NCBI GenBank assembly: GCA_963666485.2
Contig: CAXXUO010000001.1
Coordinates: 768,001-832,000, forward strand
Direction: 5' to 3'
Length of the DNA: 64,000 nucleotides
Source: Syntrophorhabdaceae bacterium
Lineage (GTDB): Bacteria > Desulfobacterota > Syntrophorhabdia > Syntrophorhabdales > Syntrophorhabdaceae
A model generated the notes under the pieces. It made no database searches and was not told the DNA's origin. It saw nothing but the letters and a program-made list of their open reading frames with translations. Shown one piece after another: positions 19,454 to 27,907 of the stretch; position 1 is the first letter of the stretch; the number at the start of each line of letters is the position of its first letter. The translations under genes and the position numbers were made by a program.

Positions 19454-20629
19454 TCAATGGGAAATGGCCCGAAAACGGGGCGGCAGGGCCAGCATGACCG
19501 CCCCGAAGGCGTTGAGCAAACCGCAGAAAATAAAGAGCGGCCCGTATCCCCACCGGGCGAGGATGAATCCGCCCGCGAGGGGGCCCACGAAGAAGCCGGC
19601 CTGCATCATGACCAGCGACAGATTCAGGTTAAGCCCCCTGAAGCGGGGTTCAGAGATATCGAAGACGAGGGCAAACAAGAGCGGTATGCCCACGCCCCAG
19701 AGGACCCCGAACGCGGCCGCCAGGCACAGGAATGCAGCCGGGCCCCGTGAAACAAGGATGGCGGCGTGACATATTGCCAGGATACCCATTGAGAACGCAC
19801 AGACCCGTGCCTTGTTCATCCTGTCGAAATACCGGCTTCCGGCAAGCCTGACGATGATCATGGCCACCATGGCGACCGTGAAGAAATAGCCCGGGTTCCG
19901 CATACCGCGCTGCGTGCCGAAGTCTTTGAAGAAAAAGAATAATAACGTGTATGCGCTGTAGAATATGACGTTGACGGCAAGAAGCTTCATCACGGGGCCG
20001 GACCTTACGTCCTCCGCCAACCCCTTCAGCCCTGCGCCTTTTTCGGGCCCTCCCCTGTCTTCGGGCAGCGGCCGCACAAAGAGAAGCGGCACCAGGAAAA
20101 GGATCACGATGCCGGCCACGATGGTGCATATGGATGCAAACCCGAAAGACCCCCCGGTCAGGTAGACGACGGCAGGCGGGATGAGGGCGTACGGAATGAG
20201 CCTCGTGATGGAGATGATGCCGATCGACTCGCCGCTCTTCTCGGGCGGGATATGCGAGGCAAAAAGGGCCATCACGGCGGCGATGAGGACGACAAAGCCC
20301 GTTCCATGGATAATGCGGACACAGGCGATGGTAAGGGGAGTCATGGCGAAACTGTAGAGCAAAAGCGATACCGCCATCACCGAGATGCCGGCGGCGCACG
20401 CCTTTTTCGCATTTCCCCCGTGAAGATAGGGGCTCAGGAACGGCTGCAGCACAATGCCCGTGATCGAATCGGCACCGAGAAGGAATCCGTACCACCGCGG
20501 ATCGATGCCGAGCATGCGAAGGTGATCGTGGAACTGGAAGAAAAGGGCCATGACCGCCGCGGCTGAGCCGAGGACTACATTAAGGAGGATAAACTCACGG
20601 GTATAGATGGAAGGGCCCCGGTCCGTCAC
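19454..20629 (-). CDS. MFS transporter
   Basis: About 12 TM helices, 'RIIHGTG', 'GPLAGG'; GTG start overlapping the upstream stop. Confidence 0.85.
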   Translation of the reverse strand: MTDRGPSIYTREFILLNVVLGSAAAVMALFFQFHDHLRMLGIDPRWYGFLLGADSITGIVLQPFLSPYLHGGNAKKACAAGISVMAVSLLLYSFAMTPLTIACVRIIHGTGFVVLIAAVMALFASHIPPEKSGESIGIISITRLIPYALIPPAVVYLTGGSFGFASICTIVAGIVILFLVPLLFVRPLPEDRGGPEKGAGLKGLAEDVRSGPVMKLLAVNVIFYSAYTLLFFFFKDFGTQRGMRNPGYFFTVAMVAMIIVRLAGSRYFDRMNKARVCAFSMGILAICHAAILVSRGPAAFLCLAAAFGVLWGVGIPLLFALVFDISEPRFRGLNLNLSLVMMQAGFFVGPLAGGFILARWGYGPLFIFCGLLNAFGAVMLALPPRFRAISH

Positions 20630-21477
20630 CGGATGGCCTTGAGCGTGTTTTCGAGGCGCATGAGGAGATTGCCCGCCACCATCCTCCGGTACTCTTTCGA
20701 CGCCCTCACGTCGCTGATCGGCAGGACGCCGTCGCGAACGAGTGCCGCCGCCCCGGTCAAGGTCGGCCCGTCGATAGGCCTGCCGGCAAAATGATCGTCG
20801 AGTGCCTTCAGGGTGAAGACCGTTGGTGCAACACTTCCAAACGCACAGCGGGCTTTTTTGACGGTCCCGTCTTCGTGAAAGGCCGCAGCGAAGGCGAAGC
20901 TCGCAACGCTGATGGCCATTGCCCTTCGCTGTCCCGCTTTTTCAAAATGGCTCACCGTGAAACCGTGACCTTTCCGTATGCAGACGGCACTGAGCACCTC
21001 TCCCGTATCCAGCATCGTCAGGCCGGGGCCCCGTATGAAACTGCCCACGGGCAGGCGGCGCACGAGGTCGCCTTTACGCAATTCAACCTCCGCATCATAG
21101 ATATACAGCGGCGGCAGCGTATCTCCCGCAGGCGATGCCGTGCATATGTTCCCGCCTATCGTCCCCATGTTCCGGATGGCCGGGGAACCCACGTGAGCAG
21201 CCGCACGTTTCAGAAGAGGGAAATATTCACCGATGAGCCGGTTCGAGATAATTTCGGCGTGTGTCGTGCATGCCCCGATCCGGACCTCGTCGCCGGGATC
21301 ACCGACACCCTTTAATTCTGCTATCCTTTCGAGACAAACGAGCGGCCTGTCATTGATCTTCCCCGGGGGGGATTTCGCCAAAATATCGGTACCCCCTGCA
21401 TAGAGGGCGGCCCGGGGTTCATCCGACAGTGCGTCAAAAACCTCATGCAGTGATGCCGGAAGAAAGACCTTACCCAT
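20626..21477 (-). CDS. Xanthine-dehydrogenase-family FAD-binding subunit (CoxM-like)
   Basis: 'AGGTD', 'IRNMGTIGGNICTASPAGD', 'SDVRASKEYR'. Confidence 0.93.
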   Translation of the reverse strand: MGKVFLPASLHEVFDALSDEPRAALYAGGTDILAKSPPGKINDRPLVCLERIAELKGVGDPGDEVRIGACTTHAEIISNRLIGEYFPLLKRAAAHVGSPAIRNMGTIGGNICTASPAGDTLPPLYIYDAEVELRKGDLVRRLPVGSFIRGPGLTMLDTGEVLSAVCIRKGHGFTVSHFEKAGQRRAMAISVASFAFAAAFHEDGTVKKARCAFGSVAPTVFTLKALDDHFAGRPIDGPTLTGAAALVRDGVLPISDVRASKEYRRMVAGNLLMRLENTLKAIR

Positions 21478-21955
21478 CCTCTCCCCCTTCCCGCATCTTC
21501 TTCGCAGCTCCTTCCACGGCGTCGACGATCTTCTGATACCCGGTACAGCGGCACAGGTTGCCGCTTAACGCCTCGCGGACCTGTTCACGCGTCGGTGCAG
21601 GGTTGCCATCGAGGAAATTGACCGCGCTGACGACCATGCCCGGGGTGCAGAAACCGCACTGCACGGCCCCGTACTCGATGAATGCCTGTTGAACGGGATG
21701 GAGCACGCCGCCCGCGGCGATACCCTCGATGGTGACGGCCTGCCTTCCCTCGAGCTGCGCCGCTGTCATCAGGCATGACAGCTTCACGACGCCGTCCACG
21801 ATGATCGAACACGCGCCGCACTCGCCCTGTCCGCAGCCTTCCTTCGTGCCCGTCAGGCCGATATCTTCCCGCAGCACATCGAGGACCCTGCGCGCCGGGT
21901 CTGTCTCGATCTGCGCCGGAGACCCGTTAAGGACAAAGGATATCTTCTGTTTCAT
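21470..21955 (-). CDS. Xanthine-dehydrogenase-family 2x[2Fe-2S] subunit (CoxS-like)
   Basis: 'GCGQGECGAC', 'QCGFCTPG', 'GNLCRCTGY'. Confidence 0.95.
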   Translation of the reverse strand: MKQKISFVLNGSPAQIETDPARRVLDVLREDIGLTGTKEGCGQGECGACSIIVDGVVKLSCLMTAAQLEGRQAVTIEGIAAGGVLHPVQQAFIEYGAVQCGFCTPGMVVSAVNFLDGNPAPTREQVREALSGNLCRCTGYQKIVDAVEGAAKKMREGGEDG

Positions 21956-24237
21956 CCCCCGCCCCCTTTACCCGCGATCAGGGACAGCACCCTTTCCGGT
22001 GTCAACGGGGCCCGTGCGGCCCGCACACCGCAGGCATCATGCAAAGCGTTGGATATGGCGGGAAGGCAGCCGCTTATCACGACCTCACCGATCCCCTTCA
22101 TGCCAAAGGGCCCGGTCTCCTCGTAGGGTTCGACCGGCACGGACGTGACGTCGGGCAGGTCGAGCGACGTCGGAGTGATGTACGTGGAGAGGCTTTGGGC
22201 CGCGTGCATGCCGCCCGGCGCCGTGTACTCCTCTGTCAGTGCATAACCTATACCCTGGGCCACCGAGCCCTGCACCTGCTGGTCGTAGACCGCCCGGTCG
22301 ATGACCGTCCCCGCATCCGTGACGGCAATGTAATCCCTGACCTCGACAGCCCCCGTCAGGGTGTCGACCTCGATCCTCGCCAGGTGTGCGCCGTAGGAGA
22401 ACAGGACGTGGGCACCGAGATAGAATTTTTCGATCGTGCTCTCATCATACGGGGTCCTGAAGAAACCTTTGCAGGAGCGCTCATCGTTACCGAGGAGCCG
22501 GGCTATATCGGAAAGCGGTACTTCCCTCCCCGATGCCGCATCCCGCACCCTTCCCGGAAGAAGAACAAGTTCACCGGCCCCGGCTGGGCCGAAAATCCCG
22601 GCGGCGCACCGGAGGATCGTTTCCTTGAGGCCCTCGGCTGCATTGATGACAGCGTTCCCGAAGGTATAGGTCGTGCGGCTCGCAGATGATGAACCTGACG
22701 GGAGACCGTGATCGGTATCAGGCTGCACGAGTTCCATCGAGCCGGGGTCCTGGTCGAGTATGCCGGAGGCGATCCTGAGATAGGTGCTCGCGTTCCCCTG
22801 TCCCATGTCGGGCAGGCTCGAATAAAGGCGAACGCATCCGTCCGTCTTCAGCTCCAGCATGGCGTTGGCCTGGTCGGGAACGAACGCGGGATAGCCGATG
22901 GCGTGGCCCATGCATCCCACGCCGGTCCCGCGCTTCTTCCCCTTTGGTGCCGCGTTCTTCCATGCGTGCCTTTCCTTCCAGAAGGGATGCTCTATGAGCT
23001 TGCCGATGCACTCGCCTATTCCCGTGGAATACTTGAGCTCGACGCCCAGGCAGTTCACGTCCCCGGCCTTGAGCGCGTTCCTGCGGCGGACCTCGAGCGG
23101 GTCCAGGGAAAGCTTTTCGGCGATCATGTCCACGGCCTGTTCCATCGCAAAGGTCACCTGCGGCACGCCGAAGCCGCGGAACGGCCCGCCGAGAGGGTTG
23201 TTCGTGTAAACGCAGCGCCCTTCGACACTGACATTCGGGATACGGTAGGCCGACCCTGCGTGTTCCGTCCCCATGGCCATGATCTCGCCGCTCAACCCCG
23301 CATACGCGCCCGCGTCATAATAGAGCCTGCTGGCAAGGCCGTGCAGCGTGCCGTCCTTTTTTGCTCCCAGCCGGTAGTACATCCGGGCGGGCAGCCTCTT
23401 GACGCTGGCGAGGAAGCTTTCGGACCTCTCCCACCACATTTTGACGGGTACACCTCCCGCGTTGAGGGCGGCGACCCCCAGCAGGCACTGCACCGTAATA
23501 CCGTCCTTGCCGCCGAACGCCCCGCCGAGGTACGGGGCCTTGACCCGGACCTTCTCCATTTCGAGCCCCAGCGCGTGTGCTATCTCGATCCTGTCCCTGT
23601 ACGGCGTCTGTGTCGACGCGATGATGGTGAGCACCCCGCGGTCGTCGACACAGGCCCACCCGGCCTCCGTCTCGAGATAGGCGTGCTCCTGGCGGGGGGT
23701 CTCGAAAACCCCCTCGACAACCACGTCGCTTTCACGCAACGCCGTATCGGCGTCTCCTGCCCTTATCGTGACATACCGTAAGAGGTTCCCCTCCTCGCTG
23801 TCTTCGTGGACCTTTGGCGCGTCGCTTCTCAGCGCCTCTTCGACATCGAAGACCCCGGGGAGCGGTTCGTGGTCGAACGTGATCCGTTCGAGGGCGGCGG
23901 CGAGGGCCGCCCTGTCTTCGGCAAGAACGAGCGCGACGGCATCGCCCGCGTGGCGCACCGTGCCGTCGACAAGGACCGGCTGGTCGTTCTTTATGAGCCC
24001 GACCCTGTTCTTCCCGGTGACGTCCCGGTACGTGAGCACGCGTTTGACACCCGGGACGGCAAGGGCGGCTTCGGTATGGACCGCCCCGAGGCGGGCATGC
24101 GGAACAAGGGCCCGTTTCGCGCCGGCCCAGAGGAAATTCGCGGAATAATGATCAGCGGCGTATTTTTCCCTGCCTGTCACCTTTGACATGGCGTCAAAAC
24201 GGGGCCCGCCGGGCAATTTTTTTCCGCTATCTTTCAC
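21952..24237 (-). CDS. Xanthine-dehydrogenase-family molybdopterin-binding subunit
   Basis: 'GGAFGGK', 'FRGFG', 'DMGQG', 'SASRT', catalytic Glu in 'KGIGE'. Confidence 0.95.
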   Translation of the reverse strand: MKDSGKKLPGGPRFDAMSKVTGREKYAADHYSANFLWAGAKRALVPHARLGAVHTEAALAVPGVKRVLTYRDVTGKNRVGLIKNDQPVLVDGTVRHAGDAVALVLAEDRAALAAALERITFDHEPLPGVFDVEEALRSDAPKVHEDSEEGNLLRYVTIRAGDADTALRESDVVVEGVFETPRQEHAYLETEAGWACVDDRGVLTIIASTQTPYRDRIEIAHALGLEMEKVRVKAPYLGGAFGGKDGITVQCLLGVAALNAGGVPVKMWWERSESFLASVKRLPARMYYRLGAKKDGTLHGLASRLYYDAGAYAGLSGEIMAMGTEHAGSAYRIPNVSVEGRCVYTNNPLGGPFRGFGVPQVTFAMEQAVDMIAEKLSLDPLEVRRRNALKAGDVNCLGVELKYSTGIGECIGKLIEHPFWKERHAWKNAAPKGKKRGTGVGCMGHAIGYPAFVPDQANAMLELKTDGCVRLYSSLPDMGQGNASTYLRIASGILDQDPGSMELVQPDTDHGLPSGSSSASRTTYTFGNAVINAAEGLKETILRCAAGIFGPAGAGELVLLPGRVRDAASGREVPLSDIARLLGNDERSCKGFFRTPYDESTIEKFYLGAHVLFSYGAHLARIEVDTLTGAVEVRDYIAVTDAGTVIDRAVYDQQVQGSVAQGIGYALTEEYTAPGGMHAAQSLSTYITPTSLDLPDVTSVPVEPYEETGPFGMKGIGEVVISGCLPAISNALHDACGVRAARAPLTPERVLSLIAGKGGGG

Positions 24238-24239
24238 CC

Positions 24240-25361
24240 TTAAGCCGTCCCCCGCTCACGCACTATCCCCGCAAGGCCGTCTATGAATGCCTCCATCGCC
24301 TCGTGGACACCGACGCTCACGCGTATCCAGTTGGGGAACCTGAAACCCGTCATCGTCCGGATCATCACCCCTTGCGACATGAGCTGCCTGTATGCCAGTG
24401 TGTCGCTGAAAGGAAGCTTCACCATGACGTAGCAGCCCTCTCCCGCCTGCGTCTCGAGTCCGAGGCTGCCGAGTTCCCGCACGAGGTACGCCTTTTCGTC
24501 TTTCACGTGCCGGCGCGTCCTCGAGACGTGCTCGTCGTCCCCGATGGCCGCGAGCGCGGCGTCCTGGGCAACGGTGTTCACCGAGTAGACGATGCAGGTG
24601 CGCCGTATGACGTCGACGACGTCCCGGCTCCCTGCAAGGTAGCCTATGCGAAGCCCCGCAAGGCCGTACATCTTCGAGAACGTCCTGAATGTCACGAGGT
24701 TGGGGTATTCCTTGAGGAGCTTCATGCCGTCCGGGTAGTCGGGCGCCTCCACGAACTCGCAGTAGGCCTCATCGACGACCACGATCTGCCGCCCCGCGAC
24801 GGTGTCGAGAAATCTCCTCAGTCTTTTTTCGTCCCAGTAGGTCCCCGTGGGGTTGTTGGGGTTGCAGACAAAGAGTATCTTTGTCCGCTCGTCCCTTAAG
24901 CCCAGCATCCCGTCGTCGTCGAAACCGAAATCCTTGAGCGGCACGAGCCTCGCCTCGAAACCGGAGAACTCGGCAACCCACTCGTAAACGGCAAAGGTCT
25001 TGTCCGCAGTGACGATGTTGTCCCCCTCCTGGCAGAAGGCCTTGATCACGAAGGCGATCGCCTCGTTCGCCCCGTTGCCGAATATGATCTGGTCCGGGTC
25101 GAGGCCGAACCTCTCGGCGAGCTTCATGCGCAGGTAGTAGGAGTCGCCGCTGGGATAGAGGCTTGCCCTGCCCGGCGGGAACCTCTCGATGATCTTCGCC
25201 GAGCCGTGAGGGGGGCCGAGCGGGTTCTCGTTGTTGTTCAGCCGCCAGAGGTGGCCGACATTGTAGAGCTTCATGAGTTCGGGGTCGGGTTTACTGGGTA
25301 TGTACGGTTCGAATTTCTTTATATATTCCGGGACGAGCCTGTTTAAAGGGACATCGAACAC
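24240..25361 (-). CDS. Histidinol-phosphate aminotransferase-like PLP enzyme
   Basis: 'NENPLG', 'CNPNNPTG', 'DEAY', 'RTFSKMYGLAGLRIGY'. Confidence 0.9.
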   Translation of the reverse strand: MFDVPLNRLVPEYIKKFEPYIPSKPDPELMKLYNVGHLWRLNNNENPLGPPHGSAKIIERFPPGRASLYPSGDSYYLRMKLAERFGLDPDQIIFGNGANEAIAFVIKAFCQEGDNIVTADKTFAVYEWVAEFSGFEARLVPLKDFGFDDDGMLGLRDERTKILFVCNPNNPTGTYWDEKRLRRFLDTVAGRQIVVVDEAYCEFVEAPDYPDGMKLLKEYPNLVTFRTFSKMYGLAGLRIGYLAGSRDVVDVIRRTCIVYSVNTVAQDAALAAIGDDEHVSRTRRHVKDEKAYLVRELGSLGLETQAGEGCYVMVKLPFSDTLAYRQLMSQGVMIRTMTGFRFPNWIRVSVGVHEAMEAFIDGLAGIVRERGTA

Positions 25362-25368
25362 GGCGTGC

Positions 25369-26670
25369 CTAACCTCTCAGCGTGAAAAAGACCACGTCGG
25401 CCTTGCCCCGATACGGCATGAGAAGCGACGCCTTGAAACCGGCGGCTTCGATGACCGGGTACAGCCGCGCCTGCCAGCCGTGGCCGAGGTCAATTGTCAG
25501 CACAATATTTTCTATGCCCTCGGCGCGCAGGACGTCGACGTGCCGCCTGAGGTTCTCCCCGGCATCCGCACCGTCCCACAGGGGTGAGAGCATAACGAGG
25601 TCCTGGTTGGACAGGAAGGTCGTTCCGAAAACGGAGTGGGGATTTTGCCGCTCCCCCTCGTTGCGCACGGGGATGATCTCGCGGGCAAGAAAGTGCCGCC
25701 TGTACTCGGCCCTCAGGAACTCTTCCATTCCTGCATGCGCGTACACCTTGCATCCCGGGTCTTCCTTGAGCTGGCGGAAAAGAAAGCGCCACGGCCTCTT
25801 TTCGCCGTTGTGGACAAAATCGACAGTGCCGAGCTCTTCAAAATAGCCGTCAGGGAGGTCTTCCGTGGCGTACCGGTTCATGAGGAAGACCGCCTCCGAC
25901 CGGGCGACCGCGGAGATAACACCGGCAACGAGCCGCTCGCCGACATCCTTCCTGCCGTCCTCGACAAAGACGTAGGGGCCATAGCACTCGATCATCGATG
26001 TTTCCGCATAACGCCAGAGCATCCCCCCGGCGATCCTTTCCCTTTTGTCCATTGCGGTTATAGCGCTGAACTCCCCGCTTGCCACCATGTCCACGACCTT
26101 GCCGGGATAGCGGAAATCCGGCAGGTACACGAAAGGATCGTATCGGCCGGCGATGGACCGTGCCAGCAGCTTTAAGTCCTCCGGGCCGGGCACGCCGTAT
26201 GTCAGGCCGCCCGAAACCGGCTCGTCCGGGCCCTCCCATGGCTCCCCCTCCGGGTAGGTCTTTTCCTTGATCAGTATAAACCCGGTGCCCTCGATGGGAT
26301 TGTGGAAGATAGACATGCTGTCCACAGACCGCGCGGCGATGACGAGCCCCATCTCCTCCATCCCCTCTTCGTCGGGTGACACGTCGGCGGTGAGATTGAA
26401 GGCGCGCGGATCGAAATCGATCCCCTCAAAAGCGATCTCGAGCCGGGCATAGTAATATCCGCCCGTCATGGTGAGCCTGACCGGTGCCGGCTCCCCGGTC
26501 ATCCTGCAGAGATATGCGAACAGCTCTTCGGATGCGAGGCTGAGCTTCAGCGCATCCTTTTCATCGAGGCCGAATATACGGCCGGACGACTCGGCAAAGG
26601 AAACGGCAAGGGGAAGGAATTTGACATCCGTCTTGAGGGTAAGTGAAATATCTGACTGGCCGTTTTTCAT
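25369..26670 (-). CDS. Hypothetical protein, HATPase (anti-sigma-like) N-terminus plus GNAT-like region
   Basis: 'LKLSLASEELF', 'FDP', 'MGLVIAARSVD' resemble HATPase_c_2; 'RKDVGERLV' is GNAT-like. Confidence 0.6.
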   Translation of the reverse strand: MKNGQSDISLTLKTDVKFLPLAVSFAESSGRIFGLDEKDALKLSLASEELFAYLCRMTGEPAPVRLTMTGGYYYARLEIAFEGIDFDPRAFNLTADVSPDEEGMEEMGLVIAARSVDSMSIFHNPIEGTGFILIKEKTYPEGEPWEGPDEPVSGGLTYGVPGPEDLKLLARSIAGRYDPFVYLPDFRYPGKVVDMVASGEFSAITAMDKRERIAGGMLWRYAETSMIECYGPYVFVEDGRKDVGERLVAGVISAVARSEAVFLMNRYATEDLPDGYFEELGTVDFVHNGEKRPWRFLFRQLKEDPGCKVYAHAGMEEFLRAEYRRHFLAREIIPVRNEGERQNPHSVFGTTFLSNQDLVMLSPLWDGADAGENLRRHVDVLRAEGIENIVLTIDLGHGWQARLYPVIEAAGFKASLLMPYRGKADVVFFTLRG

Positions 26671-26901
26671 GGTCGACCCCGCAGGCGTCCGTACGTTAAG
26701 CTGACCGCCATGGTGTTTATCGTATATATCAGGAAAACGATTTCCTTTGCAACTGCTTGTTCGCCCTAAGGTATCCGGGCCCCGTTGCGATAATAGGTCT
26801 ATAAGGGCCTTTGTTGGCCCGAAGGCACGATATGGTTTGTGCCCTGCGGCGTCGCCGCGTATAATGTCTTTGGGTCCTGGCATGGCGAAACGGAGATTTT
26901 T

Positions 26902-27843
26902 GTGAGAATACTTGCGGCTGAAGACGATCTGACGTCCCGGTTGATGCTGGTTGCCGTGTTAAAGAAAATGGGGCATGACGTGGTCGAGGCGCCGGGCGGC
27001 AAGGAAGCATGGGACGAACTGCAAAAGCCCGATGCGCCGCGGCTCGTCGTCCTTGACTGGATGATGCCGGACATTGAAGGGATCGAGATCTGCCGGCGCG
27101 TGCGGCAGATACCGACGACCGATCCGCCCTACGTGATATTGCTGACCGCGAAAGACGACGTGGACAGCATTGTCACCGGGCTGAACGCCGGCGCCAACGA
27201 TTACCTGATAAAACCATACAGGATCGCCGAACTGGAGGCGCGCATCGGCGTGGCGCAGAGGATGCTGGACCTCCAGGAGGAACTCAACAGGATGAGGGAG
27301 GTGCTTGCCCACGAGGCCACGCATGACAGCCTGACGGGCGCGCTCAACCGCCGGGCCATATATGAAGCACTCTCGCATGAATTCTCCCGCGGCCAGCGCA
27401 AAACGTCCTCGTTCAGTGTCTGCCTCTGCGACATCGATCTCTTCAAACAAATAAACGACGAACACGGCCACCTGGCCGGTGACGACGTGCTGAAGGAACT
27501 GGTCCGGACCCTGCAATCCAATGTACGCGACTACGATATGGTCGGACGCTATGGCGGGGAGGAATTCCTGATAGTCGCCCCGGACCCGGGCGGGATCGAG
27601 GACAATCACCTGTTCGAGCGTTTGAGGTCGGTCATCGCCGGCACCCAATTCAAGACACAGGCGGGAAGCATTTCCGTGACGATAAGCATGGGGGTCGCGC
27701 GATTCACTGAAGAGCGTTCAATAGACGAACTGATCGCGGCCGCAGACGAAGCACTCTACCGGGCCAAGGCCGGGGGCCGCAACCGTGTCGTGTACGCCGC
27801 CGGGAAAGAGAAGGTAACACTGGCCTCACCAGATCTTCCGTGA
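26902..27843 (+). CDS. Response-regulator diguanylate cyclase
   Basis: REC 'LDWMMPDIEG', 'DIDLFKQINDEHGHLAGD', I-site RDYD, GGEEF. Confidence 0.93.
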   Translation: MRILAAEDDLTSRLMLVAVLKKMGHDVVEAPGGKEAWDELQKPDAPRLVVLDWMMPDIEGIEICRRVRQIPTTDPPYVILLTAKDDVDSIVTGLNAGANDYLIKPYRIAELEARIGVAQRMLDLQEELNRMREVLAHEATHDSLTGALNRRAIYEALSHEFSRGQRKTSSFSVCLCDIDLFKQINDEHGHLAGDDVLKELVRTLQSNVRDYDMVGRYGGEEFLIVAPDPGGIEDNHLFERLRSVIAGTQFKTQAGSISVTISMGVARFTEERSIDELIAAADEALYRAKAGGRNRVVYAAGKEKVTLASPDLP

Positions 27844-27907
27844 TTGACAATCGAAAATGAACTATAAGTACATTTTGACCGGTATAGATGAACTGCATAC
27901 CACGGTT

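Noticed and set aside
21952..24237. Specific assignment as CO dehydrogenase or a selenoprotein
   Set aside because: Has FRGFG rather than the AYRCSFR CoxL motif; no in-frame TGA.
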